Below, one piece after another: positions 52,107 to 61,755 of a stretch of 64,000 nt of DNA. Source of the stretch: Vicinamibacteria bacterium (GTDB taxonomy: Bacteria; Acidobacteriota; Vicinamibacteria; Vicinamibacterales; JAENWD01). The notes under the pieces were generated by a model. It had not been told where the DNA came from, did no database searches, and was given only the letters and a program-made list of their open reading frames with translations. The translations under genes were made by a program, and so were the position numbers. The first letter of the stretch is position 1. Every line of letters begins with the position of its first letter. The stretch covers positions 75,126-139,125 of the forward strand of contig CAVOPA010000017.1 in the NCBI GenBank assembly GCA_963697705.1, given 5' to 3'.

Positions 52107-53183
52107 ATGTGGAAGCTGATGATGTGCGCTGCACCCCTCCTCGGCGTGGCGGCCGGATGGGCACCTCCACGCTCACCCCCTGAGCCGCGCCTCGTCCTCG
52201 CGGAACAGCATCCCGCGCCAGTGATCACGACCCGATCGCCAGGCGCTGAGGGGAACCGATTCGGCTTCGAGGGCGGACGCGCCGTGAAGGTGGGCGACAC
52301 CTACCACCTCTTTACTTCGGAGATGGTTGGCGACCCGATGTGGGTCCGCATGAAGTTCGGCTACTGGACCAGCCGCGATCGCCTGCACTGGATTCGCGTC
52401 GGCACGGTGCGCGAGTCGAGCGCCGAGTTCGGCGGGAAGGATCCGCGCGCGGCACTGTGGTCGCCGCTGCCCGTGTGGGACGAGGACGGCAAGCGGTGGA
52501 ACCTGTTCTACGTGGCGTATCACTCCGCGCCGGGAGACGGCACGAAGTTCATGCTCAATCACCACGGCCGGATCTGGCGCGCCGTCTCGCGCGTATCAGG
52601 ACCTCAAGGCATTGCCGGTCCCTATGACGACGAGCGCGTCGTGATGGAGCCGGGGCCGGACTCGCTTCCGTGGGAGGGGCTGCAGGGCACCGATTCGTTC
52701 TTCCCCTACCGCGTGGGCGGCACGTGGCAGGCGTTGTACGGCAGCGCCAAGAGCGAGACGATGCCGATCACCCACTGGCTGGTGGGCCTCGCTTCCGCGC
52801 CGGCCCTCGGCGGTCCGTGGACGCGCGTGCGCACCCACAGCCCCGTTCCGATCGAGCCGAAGTTCATCGAGAACCCGATTGTCACCCCCGTTCCCGGAGG
52901 CGGATGGCTCGCGGTGTACGACAGCCAGGGCGCCGATACGATCGGCTGGGCCTACTCGGCAGACGGCATCACGTGGGGCGCAGGCCACCGCCTGAAGATT
53001 CAGCCCACCGCCGGCGCGTGGGCGAAGGACGTGCGGACACCGCTCGGGCTCATCGACGAAGGCGGCGGGCGATACACCGTCTTCTACACCGGCTTCGAGC
53101 AGGATCCCGACTGGGCGCGCCTGCTGCGCGGCGAGGGACGGGAGACGTGCGCCATCGGCTTCGCGGAGTTGCGGCTGGAGTAG
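52107..53183 (+). CDS. hypothetical secreted protein, possibly a five-bladed beta-propeller glycoside-hydrolase fold (GH43/GH32-clan-like)
   Basis: 358 aa with an N-terminal hydrophobic leader and a repeated pattern of W/Y-rich beta segments (GDTYHLFTSEM, WNLFYVAYH, GTWQALYGS, GGWLAVYDS, RYTVFYTGF). The fold call is tentative. Confidence 0.45.
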   Translation: MWKLMMCAAPLLGVAAGWAPPRSPPEPRLVLAEQHPAPVITTRSPGAEGNRFGFEGGRAVKVGDTYHLFTSEMVGDPMWVRMKFGYWTSRDRLHWIRVGTVRESSAEFGGKDPRAALWSPLPVWDEDGKRWNLFYVAYHSAPGDGTKFMLNHHGRIWRAVSRVSGPQGIAGPYDDERVVMEPGPDSLPWEGLQGTDSFFPYRVGGTWQALYGSAKSETMPITHWLVGLASAPALGGPWTRVRTHSPVPIEPKFIENPIVTPVPGGGWLAVYDSQGADTIGWAYSADGITWGAGHRLKIQPTAGAWAKDVRTPLGLIDEGGGRYTVFYTGFEQDPDWARLLRGEGRETCAIGFAELRLE

Positions 53184-53299
53184 GCGCGCACGCACTGCTG
53201 GACGTGAGTGGCGGATTGGCGCTACTCGTCCTGCGATGGATCGAGTAGTTCGCCGTGCTCAGTAGTCCTGGTCTGCCGCTCGAGACACGTCACCTCTCT

Positions 53300-54385
53300 T
53301 CAACTCAGGATTCTCTCGACCACCCGATCGAAGTCCCACAGCAGTCCCTCGCGCGGCGAGTAGACGCCCGGACGGTACGCGCGTGAGGCGATGCCCGCCT
53401 GTGACAGCTCCGACACGTGCCAGTCCTGGCGATTGACCTCGTCCCAGAAGTCGATCGCGTCCGACGGGTCGAACAGCGGGTTCTCGTGCTCCGACGGGTG
53501 GAAGTGCCACTCGCACACGATGCGCGTGTGATCGGGCGCGAGGGGCCAGAGCGTGTGCGTCATCACGTAGTCGGGATGAAGGCTCAGCAGCAGGTTCGGG
53601 AGCACGGCGTAGTAGTAGCCGTGGCGATGTTGCGCCCCAGTCAGTCCCGGCAGGGGCGGCCGCTTCTGCAGGCCGTCGCGGTTCATGGTGAAGATGCCGT
53701 CGCGGAAGGACATCGCGCCGCCGAACCAGCGGTCGGTCACGGGCTCGTTGTCGCCGCTCAGGTAATCGGCATTGCGCTGCAGGGCCGGATGAATCAGCGG
53801 GCAGTGCAGGCACTCCGAGTAATTCAGCATCACGAGCTTCCAGTTCGCCTTCACCTCGTAGACGACGCGGTAGGCGCGCCGCAGCTCGCCCATGTGCCAT
53901 GCGGCGAAGCGTTCGGGCAGGCCGAGCAGCTGTTGATCGAGCGGCGCCGGCGACGTGTTCAGCGTCACGAACAGGTGGCCATCCCATTCGGCGACACCGA
54001 CCGCGCTCAGAGCGTTGTCTTCGCGTCGAAACCCGGGCGCTCCGTCCATGTGCGGCGCGCCGAGCAGGCGGCCGTCGAGGTCGTACGTCCAGCCGTGATA
54101 CGGGCACTGGATCCGATCCGGGAAGTGCCCGGTGGCCTCGGTGCAGAGGCGTGTGCCGCGATGACGGCACACGTTGTAGTGGGCCGCGAGCACCCCGTCC
54201 TTCCGCCGCGTGACGATCACGCTTTCGCCCGCGACCTCGCGCAGCACGAAGTCGCCTGGCGCCGCGACTTCCTCGGCGCGCCCGGCACACACCCACATTG
54301 CGCCGAAGATCCGTTCGCGCTCACGCGCAAAGATCGCGGGGTCGGTGTAGTAGCGGGCGGGCAGCGTTCGCTTCTCGACTGTCAT
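53300..54385 (-). CDS. Rieske [2Fe-2S] aromatic-ring-hydroxylating oxygenase, alpha subunit
   Basis: ATG 54385 inside ORF 53300..54517. The Rieske motif is CRHRGTRLC...CPYHGWTY. The C-terminal catalytic domain contains NYSECLHCPLIHP. Confidence 0.9.
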   Translation of the reverse strand: MTVEKRTLPARYYTDPAIFARERERIFGAMWVCAGRAEEVAAPGDFVLREVAGESVIVTRRKDGVLAAHYNVCRHRGTRLCTEATGHFPDRIQCPYHGWTYDLDGRLLGAPHMDGAPGFRREDNALSAVGVAEWDGHLFVTLNTSPAPLDQQLLGLPERFAAWHMGELRRAYRVVYEVKANWKLVMLNYSECLHCPLIHPALQRNADYLSGDNEPVTDRWFGGAMSFRDGIFTMNRDGLQKRPPLPGLTGAQHRHGYYYAVLPNLLLSLHPDYVMTHTLWPLAPDHTRIVCEWHFHPSEHENPLFDPSDAIDFWDEVNRQDWHVSELSQAGIASRAYRPGVYSPREGLLWDFDRVVERILS

Positions 54386-54772
54386 GCGCCTGAAACCGCG
54401 TCGGGAGGGTTTTTTGCACGGGCCCATAACACGCGGGACGAGTCCAGCTCCTGCCGCTGAAGCCCTCCCGTATTCGAACCCAGATCGGACGGTATCGGCG
54501 CACTGGCCCCGTGTCAAGGCGAGAGGGTCCTCTGCGTCGAGACGAGCGGAGCCGACGCTCTGCGGGCAGGACTCAGTTCAAGTGCACGCGACAAGATGAA
54601 CGGCTGGCGACGCTGCGTAGGGGGCAGGAGGAAGGGCTTCTCGACGCTGCGGTAGAATTCAACCTGCTGTCCCCAGCCTCGCTCTGCCATTCAGCCGTGG
54701 CACCGTGTATCCAATACGGTGAAATGGCCGGCGATCTTCCGCAATCAACCCATTGCCGGACCAGGAGTGCTC

Positions 54773-55216
54773 ATGCCCGCAGCGTCACAGCCGACCTACG
54801 AAGATGCACAGCTCATTCTGCGGCTGTACGAAATGCGCCGGGAAGAGCGGCTGCGGAAGGCACGCGCCTGGTTCTCCTCGTCGTTCCGTGTGCGGATGAT
54901 GGACGACTTCACGCGCCTGTGCCCGGTCGGATCTGACGAGAACGCGTCCTACCGCATGGTGCTGACCTACTGGGAGATGGTCGCGTCCTTCGTCACGAGC
55001 GGCGTGCTCCACAAGGAGCTGTTCTTCCAGAGCGGCCGCGAGCTGCTGTTCGTGTGGGAGCGCATTCGCGACCTGGTGCCGGCCGTGCGCCACGCCACGA
55101 GCGATTCAACCGCCGCCGTCGGCATCGAGGCGGTCGCGCGGGACTTCACCGCGTGGTGGGAGGCCTGCAGTCCCGGCGCACCCGCCGCCTTCGCGAAACG
55201 CGTCCGCGGCGAATAA
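54773..55216 (+). CDS. hypothetical protein (147 aa)
   Basis: ATG 54773 lies 5 nt after SD AGGAG. Helical protein (YEDAQLILRLYEMRREERLRKARAWF...). No motif was recognised. Confidence 0.55.
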   Translation: MPAASQPTYEDAQLILRLYEMRREERLRKARAWFSSSFRVRMMDDFTRLCPVGSDENASYRMVLTYWEMVASFVTSGVLHKELFFQSGRELLFVWERIRDLVPAVRHATSDSTAAVGIEAVARDFTAWWEACSPGAPAAFAKRVRGE

Positions 55217-55269
55217 CGGCGTTCCGCCAGCCTGCATCCGGCAAATCGGCATCCGAGAGCCTGCTCCGC

Positions 55270-56106
55270 GTGTCCATCCGTCTCATCGCCATCGACATCG
55301 ACGGCACACTGCTCGACCCGGCCGGCGGCATTCCCGACGAGAACCGCCGGGCGATCGCGTCCGCGCTCGATCGCGGCATCGAGGTGGCGCTCGTGACCGG
55401 GCGCGGCTACAGCTTCGCGCTGCCGGTGGCCGAGCGCCTCGGGCTGCCGATCGTGCTCGTGGCCAGCAACGGCGCCATCGTCCGCCGTCTCGACGGCACC
55501 ACCCTCCTGCGCCGGCTGATGCCGCAGGACGTGGCGCGTGACCTGCTCGCGCAGACCGCGCTGTATCGACACGAGGCAGCCGTCGTGTTCGATCGACCGG
55601 CGGCGGGTCAGCTGGTCTCGGGCGGGCTCGATTGGACGCACCCGTCACGCGCCGGATATTACGGGAAGCACGCCGCGTTGATTGCCGAGACGGTGCCGCT
55701 CGAAGCATGCCTCGTCGAGGATCCCGTCGAGGTGATGTTCACCGGCGGCCTGACGCGCATGCGTGAGCTGATCGCCACGCTCGCGGCCGCACCCGCCGCC
55801 CACCGCTACGCCGTCTCGTTCGTCGAGTATGCGTGGCGCGACTTCATCCTGGTGGACGTGCTCGGCGCCGGCGTGACGAAAGGCACCACGTTAGCCGGCT
55901 GGGCCCAGGCCCTCGGACTCAGGCGCGAGGCCGTCATGGCGGTCGGCGACAACCACAACGATCGCGAGATGCTCGACTACGCCGGCACCGGCGTTGCCAT
56001 GGGCAACAGCGTCGTCGAGCTGCTGGACGGCAGCTTTCACGTCACCGGGAGCAACGCCGAGGCCGGGCTGGCGCAGGCGATCGAACGCTTCGCGCTCGAC
56101 ACGTGA
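55270..56106 (+). CDS. Cof-type HAD-IIB hydrolase
   Basis: GTG 55270 inside ORF 55054..56106. Motif I IAIDIDGTLLD, VTGR, and C-terminal GDNHNDREML. Confidence 0.8.
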   Translation: MSIRLIAIDIDGTLLDPAGGIPDENRRAIASALDRGIEVALVTGRGYSFALPVAERLGLPIVLVASNGAIVRRLDGTTLLRRLMPQDVARDLLAQTALYRHEAAVVFDRPAAGQLVSGGLDWTHPSRAGYYGKHAALIAETVPLEACLVEDPVEVMFTGGLTRMRELIATLAAAPAAHRYAVSFVEYAWRDFILVDVLGAGVTKGTTLAGWAQALGLRREAVMAVGDNHNDREMLDYAGTGVAMGNSVVELLDGSFHVTGSNAEAGLAQAIERFALDT

Positions 56107-57857
56107 CCTCTCTCCGGTGTGCCTACTGCGTTGCGGGTGGCGATGGCGCCCGCGTGTAGACGATCTTGCCGTCGAAGATCGTCGTCTCGACGACCGCGTC
56201 CATCACGTGCGCGTCTGGCTGGAAGATGTCGGACGACAGGATCGACGACGTCGGCGAGCAGATCACGCGCGAGCCTGCCCTTGCGCTGCTCGTCGAAGGA
56301 TGCCCACGCCGCGCCGGACGTGTACGCGTCGACCGCCGCGGTGAGCGGGATGCGCTCGGCGGGATACCAGCCGCCCTCGGGCAGCCCGTCGACCGTCGTG
56401 CGCGTGACTGCGGTGTGGATGCCCGTCCGGGGATCGAGCGTCACTACCGGCCAGTCGCTCCCGAACGCCAGCCGGCCGCCGGCCGCCATGATGGAGTGGT
56501 AGGCCCACCCACGCGACGCCCGCTCGCCGCCGATGTTGGCGGTCCACACGGTCATCTGACTCGGGGCGGGCGTGCCATGGAACGGCTGCTGCGATGCGAT
56601 GACGCCAAGCGCGCCGAATCGAGGGATGTCGGCGGGGTCGATCGTCTCGATGTGCTCGAGCCGATGCCGTCGGCCCCGCGCCGGGGCGGGGTTCGTCTTC
56701 GCGGCCTGCTCGATGGCGTCGAGTGAAGCGCGCACGGCGCCGTCGCCAATGGCGTGGACGAGGATCTGCCAGCCGTCCTTGTCCAGCCTCGCGATCCGGC
56801 GCGTGAGATCGTCGGCCGTGAAATACGGCAAACCGGTCGTGGCCCTGTTCTCGTATGGCGCGAGCATCGCGGCAGTGTGCGACTCGATGACGCCGTCCGC
56901 CATCAGCTTCACCGCTCCCGACTTGAGCAGAGGATCGTCCCGGTATTTGTCCCGCGCAGCCTCGATCGCCTGCATTTCGGCGGCGGTCGTGCGCGCCGTG
57001 ACGGAAAGCGCAGCGTACACGCGGACCTGCAACTCGCCAGCGGTCCGCAGCTCGTCAAACAGGGCGAGTTCGTCCGGCGAGCCGCCCGCGTTCTGCACGC
57101 TGGTGACCCCGAGGCGCTGCGCTTCGCGGATGGCCGCGCGCAACGCGTCGAGGCGGTCGGCGCGGGTCGGCTGCGGCAGCACCTTCTGCATCAACGACTG
57201 CGCCGCCTCCTTCAGCACGCCGGTGGGCTCGCCCGTACGCGGATCCTTCACGATGACGCCGCCGGCAGGGTTTGGCGTTCGACGCGTGATCCCCGCGGCC
57301 GTGAGCGCCCGCGTATTCGCCCAACCCGTGTGGCCGTCGTAGGCCACGAGGTACGCCGGGCGATCGGACACCGCCGCGTCGAGTTGCTGGCGTGTTGGCA
57401 GCCCGCCCGGGAACGGGTCGTAGTACCAGCCGCGGCCGCGGATCCAGGGACGTTCCGGATGCGAGGCGGCAAATGCCTTCACGCTCGACTGGATATCGGT
57501 GAGCGTCGTCACGTCCAGCAGGTTGACGTTGGCCAGCGCGAGCCCGCCGCTCATCAGATGCACGTGCGCGTCGTTGAAGCCGGGCAGCACCGACCCGCCG
57601 TGTGCGTCGACCACGATGGTTTGCGCGCGGCGCAGCCGCTTGATGTCGCGGTTGGCGCCAACGCGGAGAATCTTGTTGCCGCGTATCGCGAGGGCCTCGG
57701 CGAATCTGGATGGCTGGCCGGTGTACACGCGGCCGTTGGTGACGATGAGATCGACGGGGCCGCTTGCGTCGTCGCGCTGCGCCCCGACGATGAGGCCGGC
57801 GATGAGCGTCCCGGCAACGATCAGGACCACGATGAATGTCGTGAGTCGAGACGCCAT
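56037..57857 (-). CDS. metal-dependent amidohydrolase (Amidohydro_3/YtcJ-like) with a frameshift near 56243; the corrected stop would be at 56123
   Basis: ATG 57857 lies 8 nt after GGAGG, followed by a TM/signal anchor. LPGFNDAHVHLM, HAIGD. The last conserved block continues in another frame: LSSDIFQPDAHVMDAVVETTIFDGKIVYTRAPSPPATQ* (hand translation, stop 56125-56123). Confidence 0.85.
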   Translation of the reverse strand: MASRLTTFIVVLIVAGTLIAGLIVGAQRDDASGPVDLIVTNGRVYTGQPSRFAEALAIRGNKILRVGANRDIKRLRRAQTIVVDAHGGSVLPGFNDAHVHLMSGGLALANVNLLDVTTLTDIQSSVKAFAASHPERPWIRGRGWYYDPFPGGLPTRQQLDAAVSDRPAYLVAYDGHTGWANTRALTAAGITRRTPNPAGGVIVKDPRTGEPTGVLKEAAQSLMQKVLPQPTRADRLDALRAAIREAQRLGVTSVQNAGGSPDELALFDELRTAGELQVRVYAALSVTARTTAAEMQAIEAARDKYRDDPLLKSGAVKLMADGVIESHTAAMLAPYENRATTGLPYFTADDLTRRIARLDKDGWQILVHAIGDGAVRASLDAIEQAAKTNPAPARGRRHRLEHIETIDPADIPRFGALGVIASQQPFHGTPAPSQMTVWTANIGGERASRGWAYHSIMAAGGRLAFGSDWPVVTLDPRTGIHTAVTRTTVDGLPEGGWYPAERIPLTAAVDAYTSGAAWASFDEQRKGRLARDLLADVVDPVVRHLPARRARDGRGRRDDDLRRQDRLHAGAIATRNAVGTPERGHVSSAKRSIACASPASALLPVT

Positions 57858-57987
57858 CTGAGCAGCCTCCGGTGAAGAACGCCCGGCCGGGTGAGGCATC
57901 CTTCGGGCGGCCCGATCTTAGCACGCAGTACACGGCGCCCGCGTGTCGCATGCCGCTCGACGGCGTGTGGTAAAGTCGCGGCCCCGA

Positions 57988-59394
57988 ATGCCCACCGCGA
58001 GTTCCGCCCCTGCAGTGATCGCCGCCCCCCCGGGCGAAGGCGCGCTGCTTCGCGGCATCACCTTCTGGCCCGCCACGATGCTCGTCGTCGGGAACGTCAT
58101 CGGATCGGCGATATTCCTCACAACCGGCGGCATGGTCGAGGCGCTCCCGTCCGCGTCCCTCGTACTGGCCGCATGGTTCGCGGGCGGCTTGATGGCATGC
58201 GCGGGCGGGCTCACGCTGGCCGAGATGGGCGCCATGCTGCCGCGATCGGGCGGCATCTACGTGTTTCTCGAAGAGGCGTACGGGCCGCTCATCGGGTTCC
58301 TCTTCGGCTGGACGATGGTGCTGATCGTGCTCCCCGGCGGGACGGCTGCGGTGGCCGTCGGGTTCGCTGAGTCGTTCAGCTACTTCTTCCCGGCGCTCTC
58401 GACCGCACACGTCGTGGCCACGATTCCGCTGCCGCTCGGTGCACTGAGCATCTCGGCCGCCCAGGTGCTGGGCGCACTCTCGATCGCGGCGCTTGCCGCG
58501 GCGAACATGGCGAACGTCGCAGTGGCCAGCCGGCTCGCTGCACTCGTCACCATGCTCAAGATCGTCGCGGTTGTCGCCATTCCAGTCGTCGCCATCGCCG
58601 CCTGGCCGCACGCGCCCGCGTTGACGCCCATCGTTCCGGCGGTTGCGCGGCCGTTCGCCGCGTTCGGTGTCGCGATGATTGCCGTGATGTGGGCCTATGA
58701 GGGCTGGGCTTACCTCGCGTTTGCGGCGGGAGAGGTACACGATCCGGCGCGTACGCTGCCGCGCGCGTTCATCTACGGCACGCTCGGGATCATGGCCGTC
58801 TACCTGCTGGTGAACGTTGGTTACTTCGTGGCGCTCCCGCTCGCCGCGATCAGCGGTGAGATGCGCGTGGCGGAGAAAGCGATGGGGGCTGTCGTCGGTC
58901 CGTTGGGCGCGTCAATCGTTGCCGCGATCGTCTGTCTCTCGACGCTCGGCTGCAACATGTCGGCGCTGCTCGCGGTGTCTCGCGCGGGGTACGCGATGGC
59001 GGCCGATGGCATGTTCTTCCGCTTCGCGGCGCTCGTGCATCCCAGGACCCGCGTGCCCCACGGCGCTCTGCTCGGCCTGGCGGGCTGGTCCTGCGCGCTG
59101 ACGCTCTCGGGCAGCTACGAGCAGTTGTTCACGTACGTGATGTTCGCGGCGGTGCTGTTCAACGTGCTGGCAGGGCTCGCGATTTTCAGGCTCCGTCGGA
59201 CACACGCGCATCTGCCGCGGCCGTACCGGACGTGGGGCTACCCGCTCGTGCCGCTCGTGTTCGTTGCGGGCTCACTCGGTCTGGTCGCCAACACGCTGCT
59301 GCAGCGCCCCGTCGAGTCGGTCGCGGGCCTGCTGTTGATGGCCGCGGGCCTGCCGGCGTACGGGTACTGGCGCAGGCGTCGCGTCCCGGCCTGA
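57988..59394 (+). CDS. APC-superfamily amino-acid permease (12 TM)
   Basis: ATG 57988 inside ORF 57943..59394. GITFWPATMLVVGNVIGSAIFLTTG is typical of APC N-termini. Also WAYEGW and a basic C-terminal tail. Confidence 0.85.
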   Translation: MPTASSAPAVIAAPPGEGALLRGITFWPATMLVVGNVIGSAIFLTTGGMVEALPSASLVLAAWFAGGLMACAGGLTLAEMGAMLPRSGGIYVFLEEAYGPLIGFLFGWTMVLIVLPGGTAAVAVGFAESFSYFFPALSTAHVVATIPLPLGALSISAAQVLGALSIAALAAANMANVAVASRLAALVTMLKIVAVVAIPVVAIAAWPHAPALTPIVPAVARPFAAFGVAMIAVMWAYEGWAYLAFAAGEVHDPARTLPRAFIYGTLGIMAVYLLVNVGYFVALPLAAISGEMRVAEKAMGAVVGPLGASIVAAIVCLSTLGCNMSALLAVSRAGYAMAADGMFFRFAALVHPRTRVPHGALLGLAGWSCALTLSGSYEQLFTYVMFAAVLFNVLAGLAIFRLRRTHAHLPRPYRTWGYPLVPLVFVAGSLGLVANTLLQRPVESVAGLLLMAAGLPAYGYWRRRRVPA

Positions 59395-59423
59395 GTGCCG
59401 AATCCTCGATCGAGGATCCCGCA

Positions 59424-60365
59424 ATGGAACAGCCCATGCGCATCGCTGTCATCGGAGCCGGAGCCGTCGGCGGCTATTACGGCGCCCTGCTGGCGCGCGC
59501 CGGACACGAGGTCACGCTCCTCGCGCGCGGCGCGCACCTGGCGGCCATTCGTGAGCGTGGGTTGACCGTCCGCGCGGCGCGTGGCGAGTTCACGGTCCAC
59601 CCCCGCGCATCCGACACGCCTTCGGACGTGGGCGCGCAGGACCTGGTGCTCTTCGCCGTCAAGACTTACGACAACGGCACGGCGCTCCCGATGCTCGCGC
59701 CGCTCACCGCGGCCGGCACCATCGTCCTGACGCTGCAGAATGGCGTCGAGAGCCCGCGCGACGTCGCCGCCGTCGTCGGCGGCGCACACGTGCTCGGCGG
59801 CGCAGCCTACATCGCCACCGCCGTTGCGGCGCCGGGCCTGATCGAGCAGACGGGCACGCACCACCGCATCGTGTTCGGTGAGGCGTTCGACCCACCGGCG
59901 GAGGTCTCCGCGAGGGTCGTCGCGATCCGGGATCTCCTCGCGGGAGCTGGCGTCGAGGCCGAAGCCGTGCCCGATGCGCGCGTGCCGCTCTGGGAGAAGT
60001 ACGTGTACCTCGCACCATTCGCCGGATTCACCGGTGCGGCACGACTGCCGATCGGCCCACTCTGGGCCGAGGAGGAGACGCGCGACCTGTTCATCCGCGC
60101 CTGTGCCGAAGTCGCGGCCATCGCGCGTGCGGAAGGCGTTCCCGTGACGCCCGACGTCCCGGCGCGCGTTCGCGCCTACGCCAACGCGCTGCCGCCATCC
60201 ACGCGGTCGTCGCTTCTGATCGATCTGCAGCAGGGCAAGCGGATCGAGGTCGAGGCGCTGCAGGGCGCCCTCGTCCGGCGCGCCCGCACGCACGGCATCC
60301 CGGTGCCAATCATGGAGACGCTCTACGCCGTCCTGCGGAACCACGCCGGCGGTCAGCGCTCGTAA
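59424..60365 (+). CDS. panE: 2-dehydropantoate 2-reductase family (ApbA/PanE-like) oxidoreductase
   Basis: ATG 59424 inside ORF 59232..60365. Rossmann IAVIGAGAVGGYYGALLARAGHEV, plus the KTYD, LQNGV and S..IDLQQGKRIE blocks of the ApbA family. Confidence 0.75.
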   Translation: MEQPMRIAVIGAGAVGGYYGALLARAGHEVTLLARGAHLAAIRERGLTVRAARGEFTVHPRASDTPSDVGAQDLVLFAVKTYDNGTALPMLAPLTAAGTIVLTLQNGVESPRDVAAVVGGAHVLGGAAYIATAVAAPGLIEQTGTHHRIVFGEAFDPPAEVSARVVAIRDLLAGAGVEAEAVPDARVPLWEKYVYLAPFAGFTGAARLPIGPLWAEEETRDLFIRACAEVAAIARAEGVPVTPDVPARVRAYANALPPSTRSSLLIDLQQGKRIEVEALQGALVRRARTHGIPVPIMETLYAVLRNHAGGQRS

Positions 60366-61675
60366 ACGACGGTCCCGCCCCGCATCACGAGCCGTATTCG
60401 CAGCGTCGCGCTGATGTCGGCGAGCGGATTGCCATCGAGCAGCACCAGGTCGGCATCCTTGCCCGCGTCGACGGTGCCTGCGCGGTCGGAAATGCCCAGC
60501 AGGGCCGCGGCTTCGGCCGTTGCCGTTTTCACCGCCGCTGCCGGCGTGAGACCGGCCGCCACGTACAGCTGCAGCTCGCGATGGAGGCTCGCGCCCGGCA
60601 CCACGAACTGCTGCGGCGTGTCGGTACCCGCAGCCACACGTCCACCCATGCGCACGTAGGCGGCGACAAACCGCTGCATGACGGGCAGCGCCTGCTTGAA
60701 GGCGCGCATCGTCTCGGGTGTCCAGCCTGCACGGCCCGTGATGTCCGCCGGGTCCCACTCGCGCGCCAGCACCTGCGGCGGAACATCCGCCAGCGCAGGG
60801 TCCCGCAGCAGATCGGGATCCTCCAGGCGCGAAAAGGCCTCGTGCAGCGCGAGGGTGGGGACGAGCACGACGCCGCTCGCGTGCAGCGCGCGCGCGATCT
60901 CGTCCAGCCGCGCGGGATCGAGGCGCACCCACTCCCGCTCGAATGCCGTCCAGCCGCCGAGAAAGTCGTCGTGTGCGGCCAGCAGCCGGGCCGGCTGGTC
61001 CGACGCCGCGTCGGCGATGCCGCTCAAATGCTCGATGCTGGTCACGCCGGCCTGTGCGGCAGCGATCGCCGTGGTCTTGCCGAGATGCGCTGCGACGGGC
61101 ACGCCGCGGGCACGGGCCTCCTGCACGATCGTGTTGATCAGCCCGACGTGAAGGCGCGTGTAGACCTTGATCACACCGGCGCCGGCGGCGACCTGCTCGC
61201 GCACCGCGATCCGTGCATCGGCCGTGGTGCTGACGATCCGGGCGTCCTTCCAGAAGCTGCCGGGCCCGTCGAGCAACGCGCCGGCCGCGACGATCCGTGG
61301 GCGATCGGGCGCGTCCTCGCGCGCGAGCGGGAGAACGTAGTCGGGCCGGTTGTGCAGGTCGCGCACGGTTGTCACGCCGTACCGCAGGAAGAGCGGCAGC
61401 GACCAGCCGGTGACGTGCACGTGCGCGTCGATGAGACCGGGGATGAGCGTGCGGCCGGTTCCATCCAGGTTGCGGCGCGCGCGCGGAATGGCGCCCGCGC
61501 CCACGCTGGCAACCGCCGCGATGCGCCCCCGGCTCACGCTGACGTTCGCCCGCGCGGTCACCCGTCCGTCGCCGTGGACGACGCGGACGTTCCGGATCAC
61601 GATGTCGGCAGGATCAGGCGCGGCACTGGTCATGACGCACGCGGTCGCCGTTACGAGCAGGGCTCTGAGCACCAT
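60353..61675 (-). CDS. secreted amidohydrolase-family protein (imidazolonepropionase/prolidase-like)
   Basis: ATG 61675 gives the signal peptide MVLRALLVTATACVMTSAAP (the ORF formally extends to 61726). IPGLIDAHVHV (HxH metal site), GVTSIEH, AAGTD. Confidence 0.8.
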   Translation of the reverse strand: MVLRALLVTATACVMTSAAPDPADIVIRNVRVVHGDGRVTARANVSVSRGRIAAVASVGAGAIPRARRNLDGTGRTLIPGLIDAHVHVTGWSLPLFLRYGVTTVRDLHNRPDYVLPLAREDAPDRPRIVAAGALLDGPGSFWKDARIVSTTADARIAVREQVAAGAGVIKVYTRLHVGLINTIVQEARARGVPVAAHLGKTTAIAAAQAGVTSIEHLSGIADAASDQPARLLAAHDDFLGGWTAFEREWVRLDPARLDEIARALHASGVVLVPTLALHEAFSRLEDPDLLRDPALADVPPQVLAREWDPADITGRAGWTPETMRAFKQALPVMQRFVAAYVRMGGRVAAGTDTPQQFVVPGASLHRELQLYVAAGLTPAAAVKTATAEAAALLGISDRAGTVDAGKDADLVLLDGNPLADISATLRIRLVMRGGTVVYER

Positions 61676-61755
61676 CGACGGCGTGATCCTACCGCTTCTC
61701 GTTGCCGCATCCTGCGCGTCCCGCACGCGCGGGCGTCGGACAGAGTAGGATCCGC

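Noticed and set aside
54455-54485. A GGGTTCGAATAC-like sequence (minus strand) resembling a tRNA T-arm
   Set aside because: No acceptor stem, anticodon arm or D-arm can be built around it. It lies in the 5' region of the Rieske oxygenase gene.
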